Made by a program: the position numbers and the translations under genes
Notes under the pieces: generated by a model
What the model saw: only the letters and a program-made list of their open reading frames with translations
What the model was told of the DNA's origin: nothing
Database searches by the model: none
NCBI RefSeq assembly: GCF_964204645.1
Contig: NC_134035.1
Span: 682,001-746,000 of the forward strand
Origin: Tubulanus polymorphus
Lineage: Eukaryota; Animalia; Nemertea
Length of the DNA stretch: 64,000 nt
Reading direction: 5' to 3'
Part shown: positions 52,978-64,000 of the stretch, in pieces
How the letters are laid out: every line of letters begins with the position of its first letter
How positions within the stretch are numbered: position 1 is the stretch's first letter

Positions 52978-55900
52978 ATGGATACGTTTAATAATGCAGC
53001 GATTCGGGGTATGTAAACTATGAATGTTATAATTTCGATAGTGAAAATACGTTTTATGCAACAAGGGTCGGTTGCGTAGTCACTGCTTAGACTTAAGACC
53101 AGTCTAAGACCAACTTAGTTCTATAGCTAATCTAACAACTTAAGACCAGTCTTAATATTTAAGACCACTTTTTGACTTCACGACTGTGCAACCAGGCTCC
53201 TTCAAGGGTAACTGACGATTTTTTCAATGTTCTAGTTATTATCCTAAGCATCATCGGAATCGCATCGACTAATTTACAAGCAACCAAAGCGCAGTCTGAA
53301 AGGGTAAAGTATATTGTCCGGTGCGGCTGATTGTGGTATCTAAATTCAAATTGCTTCAAAAGACCATCAGTGTCGGGAATATTGTGTGTATTGCTTTCAG
53401 TCTGGTTGTTCAGTACGTTATTCAGACTGGGAACTCATCTACGGATTGAAACATACAATGTGCGCCACCAGGACTTCCAAATACGTAAGACTCGCAAGTA
53501 CGTGTTTTGTCAGCTTTAGTTATTTATATTCTTCAATTTTTTTATCGGCGACTTGAGCGCATCCAGTTATAAATCATTGAAATGAATAAACAAACAGTAG
53601 ATATATAGATATATAGATATAAATGACCGTTTTAAGGTGAACAACGGATAAATTATTCCATGCGACCTCGGTTTCTCAGAGCGAACAGGAGGTCGACTAG
53701 TGGTCGGAACCAATTACCGAACGCACTATAGTTCGGTCGTAACGCATTTCAGTCTTGAACCTAGGTACGAACTACAGCGACCGTGTTCAATCCCGTGATT
53801 GACTATTTCTGGACTATAGTTCCAAAAAACTGACATTCGGTTTTATCTAGGTTTTCCAGACCGACCCTAACTAACTACATTATTGCGTTCGGTTATTGGA
53901 TCCGACCACTTGTCGAGACTTGCCGAATCCCGCCCCGAGCAACTGAGTCTGCGTGAAATAAACTGTGCACCTTCTAAAATCCAAACGAGTTTAAGCAAAA
54001 ACTTAACGTATATTTTGTGAAGCTGGTTTCTATTGATGTAGATTATTCGGCGAATAAATTAAATCACATTTTGAAGATAGAACCGAGCGTCGTCATACGT
54101 CAGATGTAGGGTTTCACAGTAGTGGGTGCGCCTGGGAAGCTTTATAGCTGAAGTTAATACAGGATGTCTAATTTAGGCCTACGCGTTTATGAAACATGTT
54201 ACAATGACAACAGTGTTCAATCATTGTCATCGATAACCAACTTCAGTAGACTGCCAGGACCCCGCGTCTGCGCCTGCTCAGACATTCGATTCACTTTTGA
54301 TAAAAACTTCCTTACTGATTTTCCAATTTTCATCGCTCACTTTACGCTTTCTAAATAGATTTGAACCCTAGACAAACAACAAACATTAGACAGTTTATCT
54401 GCGACCACTAATAAGCATTGTGACAGGAATAGTTCCAGGTCGCTGGCTGATCCCTGCACACGTTACTTTTTTATATTTCAATTTCAGAACCCACACCAAA
54501 TGATATAAAGACGATATTGGAGTTCCATAATACAAAAAGAAGGTCTGTATCACCGCCAGCTGCTGATATGATGAAAATGGTAGGCTACCAGATGTTGCTT
54601 CAGTTTTATCATCATAGAACATACTTTCCGGATGTCTATTCAACGTGATTCAACGATGATGACATTCACGGATATGTAGAACCCATTCATCTACATCGGT
54701 TTCCAATTTCTGTCGGTTCTGAGTTCAAACTTCTTATCATTTTGTACAAATGTCTCAAAGATACTGCTCCGGGATATCTAAAATCATTGTTAAACGTGCA
54801 CCAACTAGACGTCTTCGTTCCAGTCAGGATTTTAATCAGCTAGTGAAACCGATAGTACACTAACATAGAAATTTGGCTAAGAGAGCTGCTAATAGATAAG
54901 CTGCTCCTGCTCTTTGGAATGTTCTACGTAGTAGAATCTTTTGATTAAATCTGAAAACACACGAACTTCATTGTCTTATAAGTTTGTTTGTCGACTATGA
55001 AAAAAAAAAAACAGTGCAGAATCTTTTTATTGAAAAACAAATATCGTCCATTTTTTCCATAGTCTACCACAAGAGTTCTATGTTTACGTTTTCTTTTTGA
55101 GTCCGACCTTACGGAAGCGATAAAGGGCCTCGAGTTGTCGCGTTCAAACTCGAAAAGTCGCCATATTTATCTAGAAGCAAACTTCTAAGAATTCATAAAA
55201 TACTGTACTCACAATAAACATATTTTCGGAATAATTGTCGAGGGAATTATTCGTTAGGAACTTGACGATGTTTATGTTTTCTCCTCATTTCTCTTCAGTA
55301 CTGGGACGACTCGTTATCAGAAATAGCCCAAAGCCACTCGGAGACGTGTGTTTTCAAGCATGATAGGATTCTACAGCGATATGCTTTAGGTATTTTTCAA
55401 ATTCTTGATATGAAAACGTGATGTGCAAAGAGGGAATATACGATAGCTCATATGGTGGCTGATTCAGGCCGCATTCAATAACAATACCTTTTAAAAACGT
55501 TTTTCGTTTGATGTTTTAATGTCACGTTTTGATGTCACGTCAAAAATTTGTTTTAACACGGCGGTGATAGAGACGTTAGAACGAAAAATGTGTTATAATC
55601 TGGCGTTAGAATAAGAATTGGAGAATACAGGGGCTCGGTGGATATTGAATGTCATATGTGGCCCGAATCAGGTATCACAGGAATGAGATTCGTGCCCGTG
55701 TTTTCCGTGTTTTAGGTAAATTCATGTCGGGCCAGAATATGGGTCAAGGCCTAGCCTCCTGGAACGATGTTATGACGGCGTGGTATAACGAAGTCAAGTT
55801 GTTCACTTACGGATCATCGGAATACGATACCAAACAGATCGGCCATTACACACAGGTGTGTTTCACCAGCGCTAGGTGGCGCTTACGTGGTTTGCATCAT

Positions 55901-57667
55901 ATATCATATATCATATATCATATACCATATACCATATATCATATATCATATATCATTATTAACCATCGAAGTAGGCCATAGGCCTATATACAGACTGCCT
56001 CTTAGTTAGATATTTGATGTCTTTTATCATATAGGTACTTTAAGTACCGCTCTTGTATTGTTTTTTGTTTTTATTTGCAGATGGTTTGGGCTTCCACAAA
56101 TAGAATCGGATGCGGTGCTTCTGTTTGTCGTAACGATAAACGGGAATATGTGTTCTACGTGTGCAACTATTCACCGCCGTAAGTTTAAAATTGATGGTTA
56201 TTAAAGTTTAATTGATTTAACATATTATTTCCCTCTATGCAACGTCGGCTAAAATCCGTTTAGTAATTCAGTGTCACTGGTTATAAAGACGTTCATTACT
56301 TGGCTAATATCATGTCTATTAATAATACTGTTTCGGGAAGTGACGACGGAAGATTATTTTTCTACGGATGCTCTGGAAATGATATTTGTTTTGTTTCCTA
56401 TCTCAGGGGTAATCAAGCAGGTGTTGTGACGACACCGTACAAATCGGGTAAACCATCTGGGAACTGCGTCACTGGTCTTTGCGGTTTGTATATAGTCAAT
56501 ATATATATACCTTTCCTTCGTTGTTTTCGTTTTATGGCGACTCTGGCTTTCATTTCCTTTTTTTCAGACTGCGGAGCTAACAAGGTATGCTACAATTCCG
56601 GTGAACTGGATCACGAGAACTGCGACTGCAGATGCAAGCCGACAGCTAACGGCCCGAATATCTACGATTCTCAATGTAGAAGTATGTATTGTCGAATTAG
56701 ACAACCTGACAGAATACTTACAATAGGTTGCATACGTAAGCCTAAAAAAGATACATCGTTCTCGAAATTCTGAAGCGCCAAATCGACCCACCTACACGAT
56801 TATTTGAAATCCACACAAGTTACACATTTTTCACCTGCCCGACTGTATCTTGTTCTCGTTGCAGTGTCCTGCGAACTGGTGCCGTACCTAAATGAGGAAG
56901 CTCATTACGTATGCGGTAAACAGACGTTCAGTCAATGCAGACGATTACCGATGCACTTGTTTCCTATGTGTCCAAAACTGTGCAAAGTTTGCCCGTGTAA
57001 GTACAAAACTGTGCAAAGTTTGCCCGTGTAAGTACAAAACTGTGCAACGTTTGCCCGTGTAAGTACAAAACTGTGCAAAGTTTGCCCGTGTAAGTACAAA
57101 ACGCTACTAGCTCAGGTTTTCAGCCATTCACACATTCACCGTGTTGTAGTTAACGACTAAGAAATTGATAACTCGATACCGGAGACCCAGAGAAGTCAGA
57201 AAGTGACCTATGCGAAACCTAGCCCCCCTATAAAAGTCACTCGTTACGAACACTATTTAATAGCCCTATAGAACTAACTTCCTGATAAATAGTTTAAATA
57301 CCCGGGCCTCGTTGCATAGTCATGGCTTAGACATAAGACCAACTTAGTTCTATATACGTTGTTTGAAGTGGTGACGATCAAAAACATTTCCAAACTCGTT
57401 TCAGATAATTCCCACAACTGGACCGAGGTTTATCGTTCGATTCTATCGGGAAAGAATCCAATTCTCGCTGAAATGATGATGACACGACCATTAGGAATAG
57501 AGAGCACCAGTCTTACAATATCGTCGACGAAATTGTACGTCTCAGAAGGAAGTACGAGTAAAGATGGTCTATTAGGAGGTGCCTCGGATGCTGTTATAAT
57601 CACCGGATGGAACCTTGTTATTTGCACAATTTTCTCCATTGTTATGGCATTATGCCAGTTCTCTTGA
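52978..57667 (+). CDS. CAP/CRISP-family secreted Cys-rich protein with EGF-like and ShK-like domains and a hydrophobic (GPI-type) C-terminus
   Basis: Exons 52978-53008 and 53236-53303 (signal MDTFNNAAIRVIILSIIGIAST), 53401-53497 (GCSVRY..KHTMC), 54488-54579 (ILEFHNTKRRSVSPPAADMMKM), 55299-55389 (YWDDSL..AQ..CVFKH), 55716-55855 (GQNM..WYNEV..GHYTQ), 56081-56178 (MVWAST.RIGCG..YVCNYSP), 56407-56483, 56568-56681, 56865-56996, 57405-57667. All phases are compatible. Confidence 0.9.
53064..53198. mobile_element. Harbinger-like MITE, family B (CRISP intron 1)
   Basis: GGGTCGGTTGCGTAGTC...GACTGTGCAACCAGGCTC; homologous to 5817-5950. Confidence 0.65.
53630..53979. mobile_element. Decayed element with nested inverted repeats
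   Basis: Outer IR AAGGTGAACA..TTATTCCATGCGACCTCGGTT / AACTGAGTCTGCGTGAAATAAACTGTGCACCTT. Inner IR TCGACTAGTGGTCGGAACCAAT..CCGAACGCA / TGCGTTCGG..ATTGGATCCGACCACTTGTCGA. Confidence 0.55.
54640..55011 (+). mobile_element. Decayed 3' end of an L2/CR1-clade LINE
   Basis: Translates as LHRFPI..EFKLLIILYKCLKDTAPGYLKSLL..RRLRSS..AAPALWNVL (ORF2 C-terminal signature) with frameshifts. A-run at ~55000. Confidence 0.65.
56973..57101 (+). repeat. 31-bp tandem repeat x4 spanning the CRISP exon end and its splice donor
   Basis: Unit CAAAACTGTGCAAAGTTTGCCCGT|GTAAGTA. Confidence 0.92.
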
Positions 57668-57958
57668 ATACGTATTTTCGACTAACGATTACGTAGGAAA
57701 ACAGCGATGAAAATCGAGATGAAAAGACTTATTATTTGTCTGTAAATGGACTTGAAATAGTGTAGAAAAATGAGGAAAATTCATTTTTATTGACAATCAC
57801 ATAACTTTACATAAAGTTAAGTTTTTCCTCTTAATCTGAATCGAACACGATTCTTATAATAAAATCATGCTTTGTTTCTTATGTACCTGATTATTCACGT
57901 TTGGTTTCGTATATATATTTTATGTACACATCATTACGGCATATCTAGAATAACCCCG

Positions 57959-58067
57959 GGGTCGGTTTTATAGACTGGTGTTACCTTTAACCCGAGGGCT
58001 AACTTAGTTCATAATCAATTGAGTAAACCCCCGGGTTAAAGGTTATACCGGTCTATAAAACCAGGCC
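57959..58067. mobile_element. Harbinger-like palindromic MITE
   Basis: GGTTTTATAGACTGGT...ACCGGTCTATAAAACC TIR. Confidence 0.65.
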
Positions 58068-58784
58068 CTGGGTACGTAATATACACGTATACTGACCACA
58101 GAAATCTATGTAACTTAAGAAAATTGTAAGTTATATGGAAAAACCTAACTTAATCGGAGTACACAAATAAATGTTTTATAGGATTCCGCAGAATAAAAAA
58201 TTCCGCAGATAAAATTCGTTTTACAATCACATAATTCAGTTTTAAAGTTTTAGAATTGATCGAACATGGAACCAACCCTTGTAGTATTGGAAATACGCTG
58301 AATTGTTTGATTTTATGTATCAACAAATCATAAATCACATGACCGTGACCGGGACATGACATTCTGTACACGAGTCAGTTTGAAATACATGAATACGTCA
58401 AACGACACTCGTATAGGCTTACAGTATAGTTGTAAAGATTCCGGGATGATATTTGCTCAAAGGAGCTGTAACTTAACAATTCGGAACCTGGAATTCTTTT
58501 TGGGATTACGCGTTCACCTGAACCTTCAACTAATCGTTTACATCTGGATTTGAAACTGCGACGACCAGTCTAGACTGGATTGCGTTGAAGATTATGACGC
58601 TAAGAAATCTGTAAGGAATAAACGGGAGATAATAATCTGATAGTGTATCGGACAATGGGCGTGTTCATCGGAATAATAATCAAACGTGATCGCTCTTTGA
58701 AGTGAAACAGACTTATGTTACATTACGTCGTGCGAGATTGATATCAATAATATTTTCAAACCGCGGTTGTAAAGTTGGATTCCT

Positions 58785-58893
58785 GGACCCAGTTCCACAG
58801 TTGTGAGTTAGAGTTAACTCTGAGTTAAAGTTAGTTCATTTTCAATGTTTTAACCCAGGGTCAAATCTTAACTCAGAACTGTGGAACTGTACC
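58785..58893. mobile_element. Harbinger-like MITE, family C
   Basis: CTG-GACCCAGTTCCACAGTT...AACTGTGGAACTGTACC-CTG; reverse-complement homolog of 9524-9630. Confidence 0.7.
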
Positions 58894-60068
58894 CTGTGTG
58901 TTGTTTGTAAACTGACTCCTGTATTCGGAAATACGTTATTCACCTAGGAATCACTCGTACATTCAAACTCAAAGGGGCTAGTGAGTGTGTGAGTAGAATT
59001 TCTTATAAGTTTCCAAAACAATTATGAGAAAGCAGTTTATCTGTAAACACTGTTTACTGCATTTCATAAGAATTGTCAATGTGGTTATTTGAAGCAGCCT
59101 GTAATTGTGTTGCAGGGATTATAATACAGGGTTTTAGTAAGAGCATCAATTTCTACCTTAAAAATCAATTGAATATTTGACATCATTGAATAAAATTCGT
59201 TTTTGGGCCGAATTTCCCAGGCAAATTTCATCAAAATTGGTGGTGGACTTCAACTGAACTGAATTTATCACAGTTTTACTTCTTCCGTCAACTTCTTCCA
59301 CGCTACTAGTGAACTAACTGGACTACTAGTCAACTAACCGGGCTATTAATGAACTAACTGGACTATTTAGTAAAAAAATAGTCAGTGGTGGACTCCAGGA
59401 GGTGTGGAACTCTGTATGTGGATTTGTAGAACTCTATGGACTACCATTACTGCTAGACAAGGGCTAGTGAGTGTGTGAGTAGAATTTCTTATAAGTTTCC
59501 AAAATATTAAATTTGATTATAGTGATATTGAAAGATAATTGATCATTCATTAACTATAAATGTAATTGATTTTTTGGGAGTAAGGTTGGTAGACCGTTTG
59601 CTCAAGGGTGAAATGTTGAGATTCAATCATAAGGTATACACTAACGTGCACTGAGTGCTAACGTGTTTTTAAATAGCCATTAAAACCCAGGTATCGAACC
59701 AATACAAGACATAAGAAATTAGTATATGCAGCAATCTGTTAATGACCATGGATCCAGCAGCCATTTTCACCAAGAACCTAATTAGTCATAAGTGTCTGAT
59801 TGATTTTACTGTTCGCTGCATAAAATTGTTGTATCCCGGATTGCTCTTTGTCTCAGCTTTAACGGTTCCTGTAAATGTCGATATTACTCAAATCCGGGTT
59901 GTTTATCATTATTTGGAAGTTAGCGAAAATTATTGTATCTTACAATCAATGATTCAGATTAAACTTGATCCACGATTTATTGAAAATCAAAATGATCTCA
60001 TCTGAAAACTGTACATTCCAACAAAATACGATCATTTATAATGATAGAGAATAGCTTTAACGCTCTGT

Positions 60069-60476
60069 TTAAAAGTGCTTGTTAATCATATTCAATTTTA
60101 TAATCACGAAAACTGGTGGTAAATTCTGTAGCAATTCCTCCTCGATATTTAAAGTTTCTTCAGTCTGTTCTTCCTCGGAGAAAGAGACCTCCTCCGTATC
60201 AACATATGTGACGTCACGGGTAGAGTTAGGCCGCGTATCGAAATCTGGTAGGCAGTCTACATCGATATTGGATCCGTGTGCGTCATAATCAGTGTTTGTA
60301 TCGACAGTTGGTAGACTGTCTACATCTAAATCAAACTCAGGAAACTCTATGTTTTGTACAGGGGGTAAACTGTCGTAGCCAACAACATCGTGAATGATAG
60401 GACCACCAGCCTTATATCGTTTGGTCAGAAATGAATTTCTGTTTTGTTTAGTCAGTCGCTGCTGGCGCTCCTCCAT
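60069..60476 (-). CDS. Acidic low-complexity ORF, possible exon of an unidentified gene or TE
   Basis: 135-aa ORF, open upstream to a candidate acceptor near 60549. Internal D(V)DxLP repeats; no known domain. Confidence 0.35.
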   Translation of the reverse strand: MEERQQRLTKQNRNSFLTKRYKAGGPIIHDVVGYDSLPPVQNIEFPEFDLDVDSLPTVDTNTDYDAHGSNIDVDCLPDFDTRPNSTRDVTYVDTEEVSFSEEEQTEETLNIEEELLQNLPPVFVIIKLNMINKHF

Positions 60477-60801
60477 CCCAGGCGTGGGGCTTAGAGAAAT
60501 CCGGATTTCGTGTTCGTGTTTAAATACATTTGAATTATATTTATCGTCTAGATTTTAAGCGTCTTAAAAAGTTGAATAAATGAGTATGATGTTTTTTTTC
60601 AAAGAAAGCATTGTACGAATTCCTTGAAATCTAATGATGTGTACCCCAGTGGTACCGTAGCTGCGAAATTCAAGTTTGGTCAGAAACGGACGATTTCAGT
60701 CAGAGTCGACATCGTCACGGCGTTGACCATTGCGACGTCATAGTTGTTTGTCCGAATATGAATGGTCGTCGAATATCTTCGAATGTTTTCCTGTCACAAT
60801 C

Positions 60802-61036
60802 GGGCGGACCGGATGGCGTAGTCGGTTGGCGACTTGCGTGTCACCGCTGTGGCCCAGGTTCGAGTCTCAGAGGAGGCGGGCCAGGATGTGGCAATGAGCT
60901 CCGGTAAGCGGACGGTGGCTACGCGCAGCACTGTCCTCCCTGGAATGAGGTTGCTAATGCGTGAGTCCTACAAAATAACTGGTGTGGGGTAAATTATGTT
61001 TAATTCAGTCGTTTCTGGCTGAATTATTTATTTATC
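60802..61036 (+). mobile_element. tRNA-derived SINE-like element
   Basis: A box TGGCGTAGTCGG (60814-60825), B box GGTTCGAGTC (60857-60866), Asp-like TGTCAC loop, GC-rich body and a TTATTTATTTAT tail. Confidence 0.6.
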
Positions 61037-62462
61037 CCACAATACCGGTCCCGGCTGCGGAGTAATTCCACCAGGGGCTTCGACTTTTTTACAATATTAG
61101 GTTGTTATTTTATGTTTAGTGGTGAGGGTTTGGGAAATCTTTTTATATTATTTCAATTCCTCGAACTGAAGAAATCCAAGCGACTTTTCGGTGCAAACAG
61201 CGCGCGCGGTGATCAATCACAGTTCTCTCTCAACTGATGAAAAAACTTTGATAATTCTTTAACTTCACCAGATTTCAGTTAAAGAAGATGTGTACGCGGC
61301 GATGTCTGGTGAACTTGTGTATAAATTCGGCTTCAAAACGACTCTATCCAATAGAGAATCACTCTCTGGAGACCTGCCATACGCTCTACTACACAATAGT
61401 GCCGCGTGACTGCACAAACCCTTAAGCAAACTTCGATATCCTAAAGCAAAACTCAAAAATAGTAAAATTGAGCCGGTATTATAGTTCAAAACCAGACGTA
61501 AATAGAAGGGAAATCTACACTTAAGTTTGTTGGATAGTTTAGATAAAATTTCAGCATAAAATTTTAGGCTAAAATCGTAGTATTAGATATTTCTATCTTT
61601 AACATTATGTGTCTCTATGAATAGTCGAATTAAACTCGATGACCTGTAGGCCCCATTGAAAATGTTTGGCACGAATTGAATGCTTCTTGCGGATTAGCGT
61701 CACGGACTCGGGTCTGTCACAGGAATGCGCGATCGAGCCTTCTGATTGATCCAATCCGGTCGCATCGATGATGCACCGTCGCTGATTGGTCGATGTAGGT
61801 ATAAGGAGCGCGGTTCGAGCCACCCGGTGCCAGTCCGAAAACCGATGTCCAGTGATGAAGGTCACCTATAAGAGCTCTGCAACAAGGCGTGAAGAACGTG
61901 TGGCTTCAAGCGAACAACCAACTAATAAGCGGCCGATGATGTTAGGAGAGACTGGAACGTGAAGGAATTTATAACGCCTAGCGATTGAGAACGCAAGATG
62001 AGACTGGCGGATGGTGCTGATGTTCGCGGAGGAGATCCCGATACTGCTGCTGCTGTTACTGGTGTTGCAGCTGCTGTTGATGTCGGATTTCAACTACAAA
62101 CAGATGACGGCTAATTTGCTGATGAAGACGAGTTGCTGTTGTTGCTGATTTCCGATGTTCTATTTCACACACATTTATACATTATGAATATTGTGTCTTT
62201 TTAGGGTTAAACCGAAACCAGTTCGCTACTACTGACAACTACATGTACACACAATTCGTTTGTCGCAACGTCCTGAACTAGTCTGCTGCTGCTACTGCTG
62301 CTGCTGCTGCTGCTGCTGCATTGGGATTGCTGTTTCGGTATCTTAAAGATAAGGTAATTATATTAAACTACACCCATCCGAACATTTTGCATATTCAATC
62401 TTCTTCATTAGCTTGACGATTGTACGATTTGTTTTTCAGCCGGCAATATTTGAGTTACAGCC

Positions 62463-62980
62463 CCCATCTTCAAACCTCGAGACGCAGACTCTACTCCGAC
62501 TACAGAACCATCGTCAAACCTCGAGACGCAGACTCTACTCCGACTACAGCACCATCGTCAAACCTCGAGACGCAGACTCTACTCCGACTACAGCACCATC
62601 CTCAAACCTCGAGACGCAGACTCTACTCCGACTACAGAACCATCCTCAAACCTCGAGACGCAGACTCTACTCCGACTTCAGAACCATCTTCAAACCTCGA
62701 GACGCAGACTCTACTCCGACTACAGCACCATCGTCAAACCTCGAGACGCAGACTCTACTCAGACTACAGAACCATCCTCAAACCTCGAGACGCAGACTCC
62801 ACTCCGACTACAAAACCATCTTCAAACCTCGAGACGCAGACTCTACTCCGACTACAGCACCATCTTCAAACCTCGAGACGCAGACTCCACTCCGACTACA
62901 GAACCATCTTCAAACCTCGAGACGCAGACTCTACTCCGACCACAGAACCATCTTCAGACCTCGAGACGCAGACTCTACTC
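62463..62980. repeat. 44-bp minisatellite, ~11-12 copies
   Basis: Unit CAAACCTCGAGACGCAGACTCTACTCCGACTACAGAACCATCNT. Confidence 0.95.
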
Positions 62981-63340
62981 GTCATTATTTCGTTTTGCCG
63001 CATGTTGTAAAAAGTAACGTAAATAAATAAACGTCCATCTATATAAAATGCTCTCTTTAATAAAATCTCTGTCTCGGGCACTTTGCCCCGGAAAGGACTC
63101 TTCCCTCTCACAACTTCCACTTGCCCCGGAAAAGGACTCTTCCGCTTACAACTTCTCACGTTCAAGTGACAAAGTCAAAAAGGAAAGGACAAACGCAAAG
63201 TACAAATCAAAGGATTTATTCCAAATTCAAAGTAGGAATTTGTTACAGCTTGTTTGCAAAAGTAAAATTCAACATTTTATTGAAACGAACAAAATCAAAA
63301 TTCAACATTTTATTTAATCAACAACCAATTTATTTAAAAT

Positions 63341-63405
63341 ACGGGATTTGAACCACCAACCACTGGTCTAGCAGTCCAGCACCCTACCCACTACGCTATA
63401 GGGAC
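63341..63405 (-). pseudogene. tRNA-like sequence (pseudo-tRNA or SINE head)
   Basis: Minus strand TAGCGTAGTGGGTAG (A box)..CTGG ACTGCTAGA CCAG..GGTTCAAATCCC (B box); no proper acceptor stem. Confidence 0.5.
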
Positions 63406-63529
63406 GTACTGACAGCCTGCAGGGGAACTCATATTTATCCATTGCTTAAGCAAATTTTATTAAAAAAATAATGCCATCTACCGGGCGAGACAGGAACTAG
63501 TTCCTATCACAACCCGGTAGATGGTGGAG

Positions 63530-64000
63530 AATGAGACCAGAAGAAGGAGATGAGAGGAGAGAATGAGAGATGAGTATGAGATGAGAATTAAAGAGTGAGA
63601 GATGAGAATGAGATAGAGAGTATCAGATGAGAATTAAAGAGTGAGAGATGAAAATGAGATGAGTATGAGAGAGAGTATCAGATGAGAATTAAAGAGTGAG
63701 AGATGAAAATGAGATGAGTATGAGAGAGAGTATCAGATGAGAATTAAAGAGTGAGAGATGAGAATGAGATGAGAATGAAAGCGTGAGATGAGAGATGAGT
63801 ATGAGAGATGAGTATGAGAGATGAGTATGAGAGATGAGTATGAGAGATGAGTATGAGATGAGAATGAGAGATGAGTATGAGAGATGAGAGATGAGTATGA
63901 GATGAGAATGAGAGATGAGTATGAGATGAGGATGAAAGAGTGAGATGAGGATGAGTATGAGAGATGAGTATGAGATGAGAGAGTGAGAGATGAGAGATGA
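63530..64000. repeat. Purine-rich GAGAT/GAGTAT compound satellite running off the window end
   Basis: Degenerate GAGATGAGTATGA units. Confidence 0.95.

Noticed and set aside
54340-54600. Upstream extension of the LINE fragment
   Set aside because: 54488-54579 is a CAP-domain exon (HNxxR...PPAADM), not RT sequence.

Overview
AT-rich, intron-rich genomic DNA from an animal. A marine spiralian/lophotrochozoan invertebrate is inferred from the gene content, not proven. Most short ORFs in the track are exon fragments or spurious. Spliced models read by hand, in order: the 3' half of POLD1 (+); a secreted astacin with a Gly/Thr linker and two ShK domains (+); a 346-aa orphan (-); an intronless, bacterial-looking HemK-like SAM methyltransferase (+); a long LRR/IQ gene, LRRIQ1-like (+), with an intronless class A GPCR nested antisense in one intron; TXNL4A/Dim1 (-), divergent from a calponin/myophilin gene (+); a secreted LamG-like protein (-); an atypical 7TM receptor (+); and a CRISP/CAP protein with EGF-like and ShK-like domains and a probable GPI tail (+). 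Introns and spacers hold many MITEs (CWG-, TA-, TTAA- and AAT-TSD types), a Penelope-type minimal hammerhead ribozyme motif, a tRNA-containing solo LTR, tRNA-derived SINE-like heads, a decayed LINE tail and several minisatellites. Top leads: the HGT-candidate methyltransferase, the tandem hammerhead motif in a POLD1 intron, and a 31-bp repeat that quadruplicates a splice donor just before the CRISP anchor exon.
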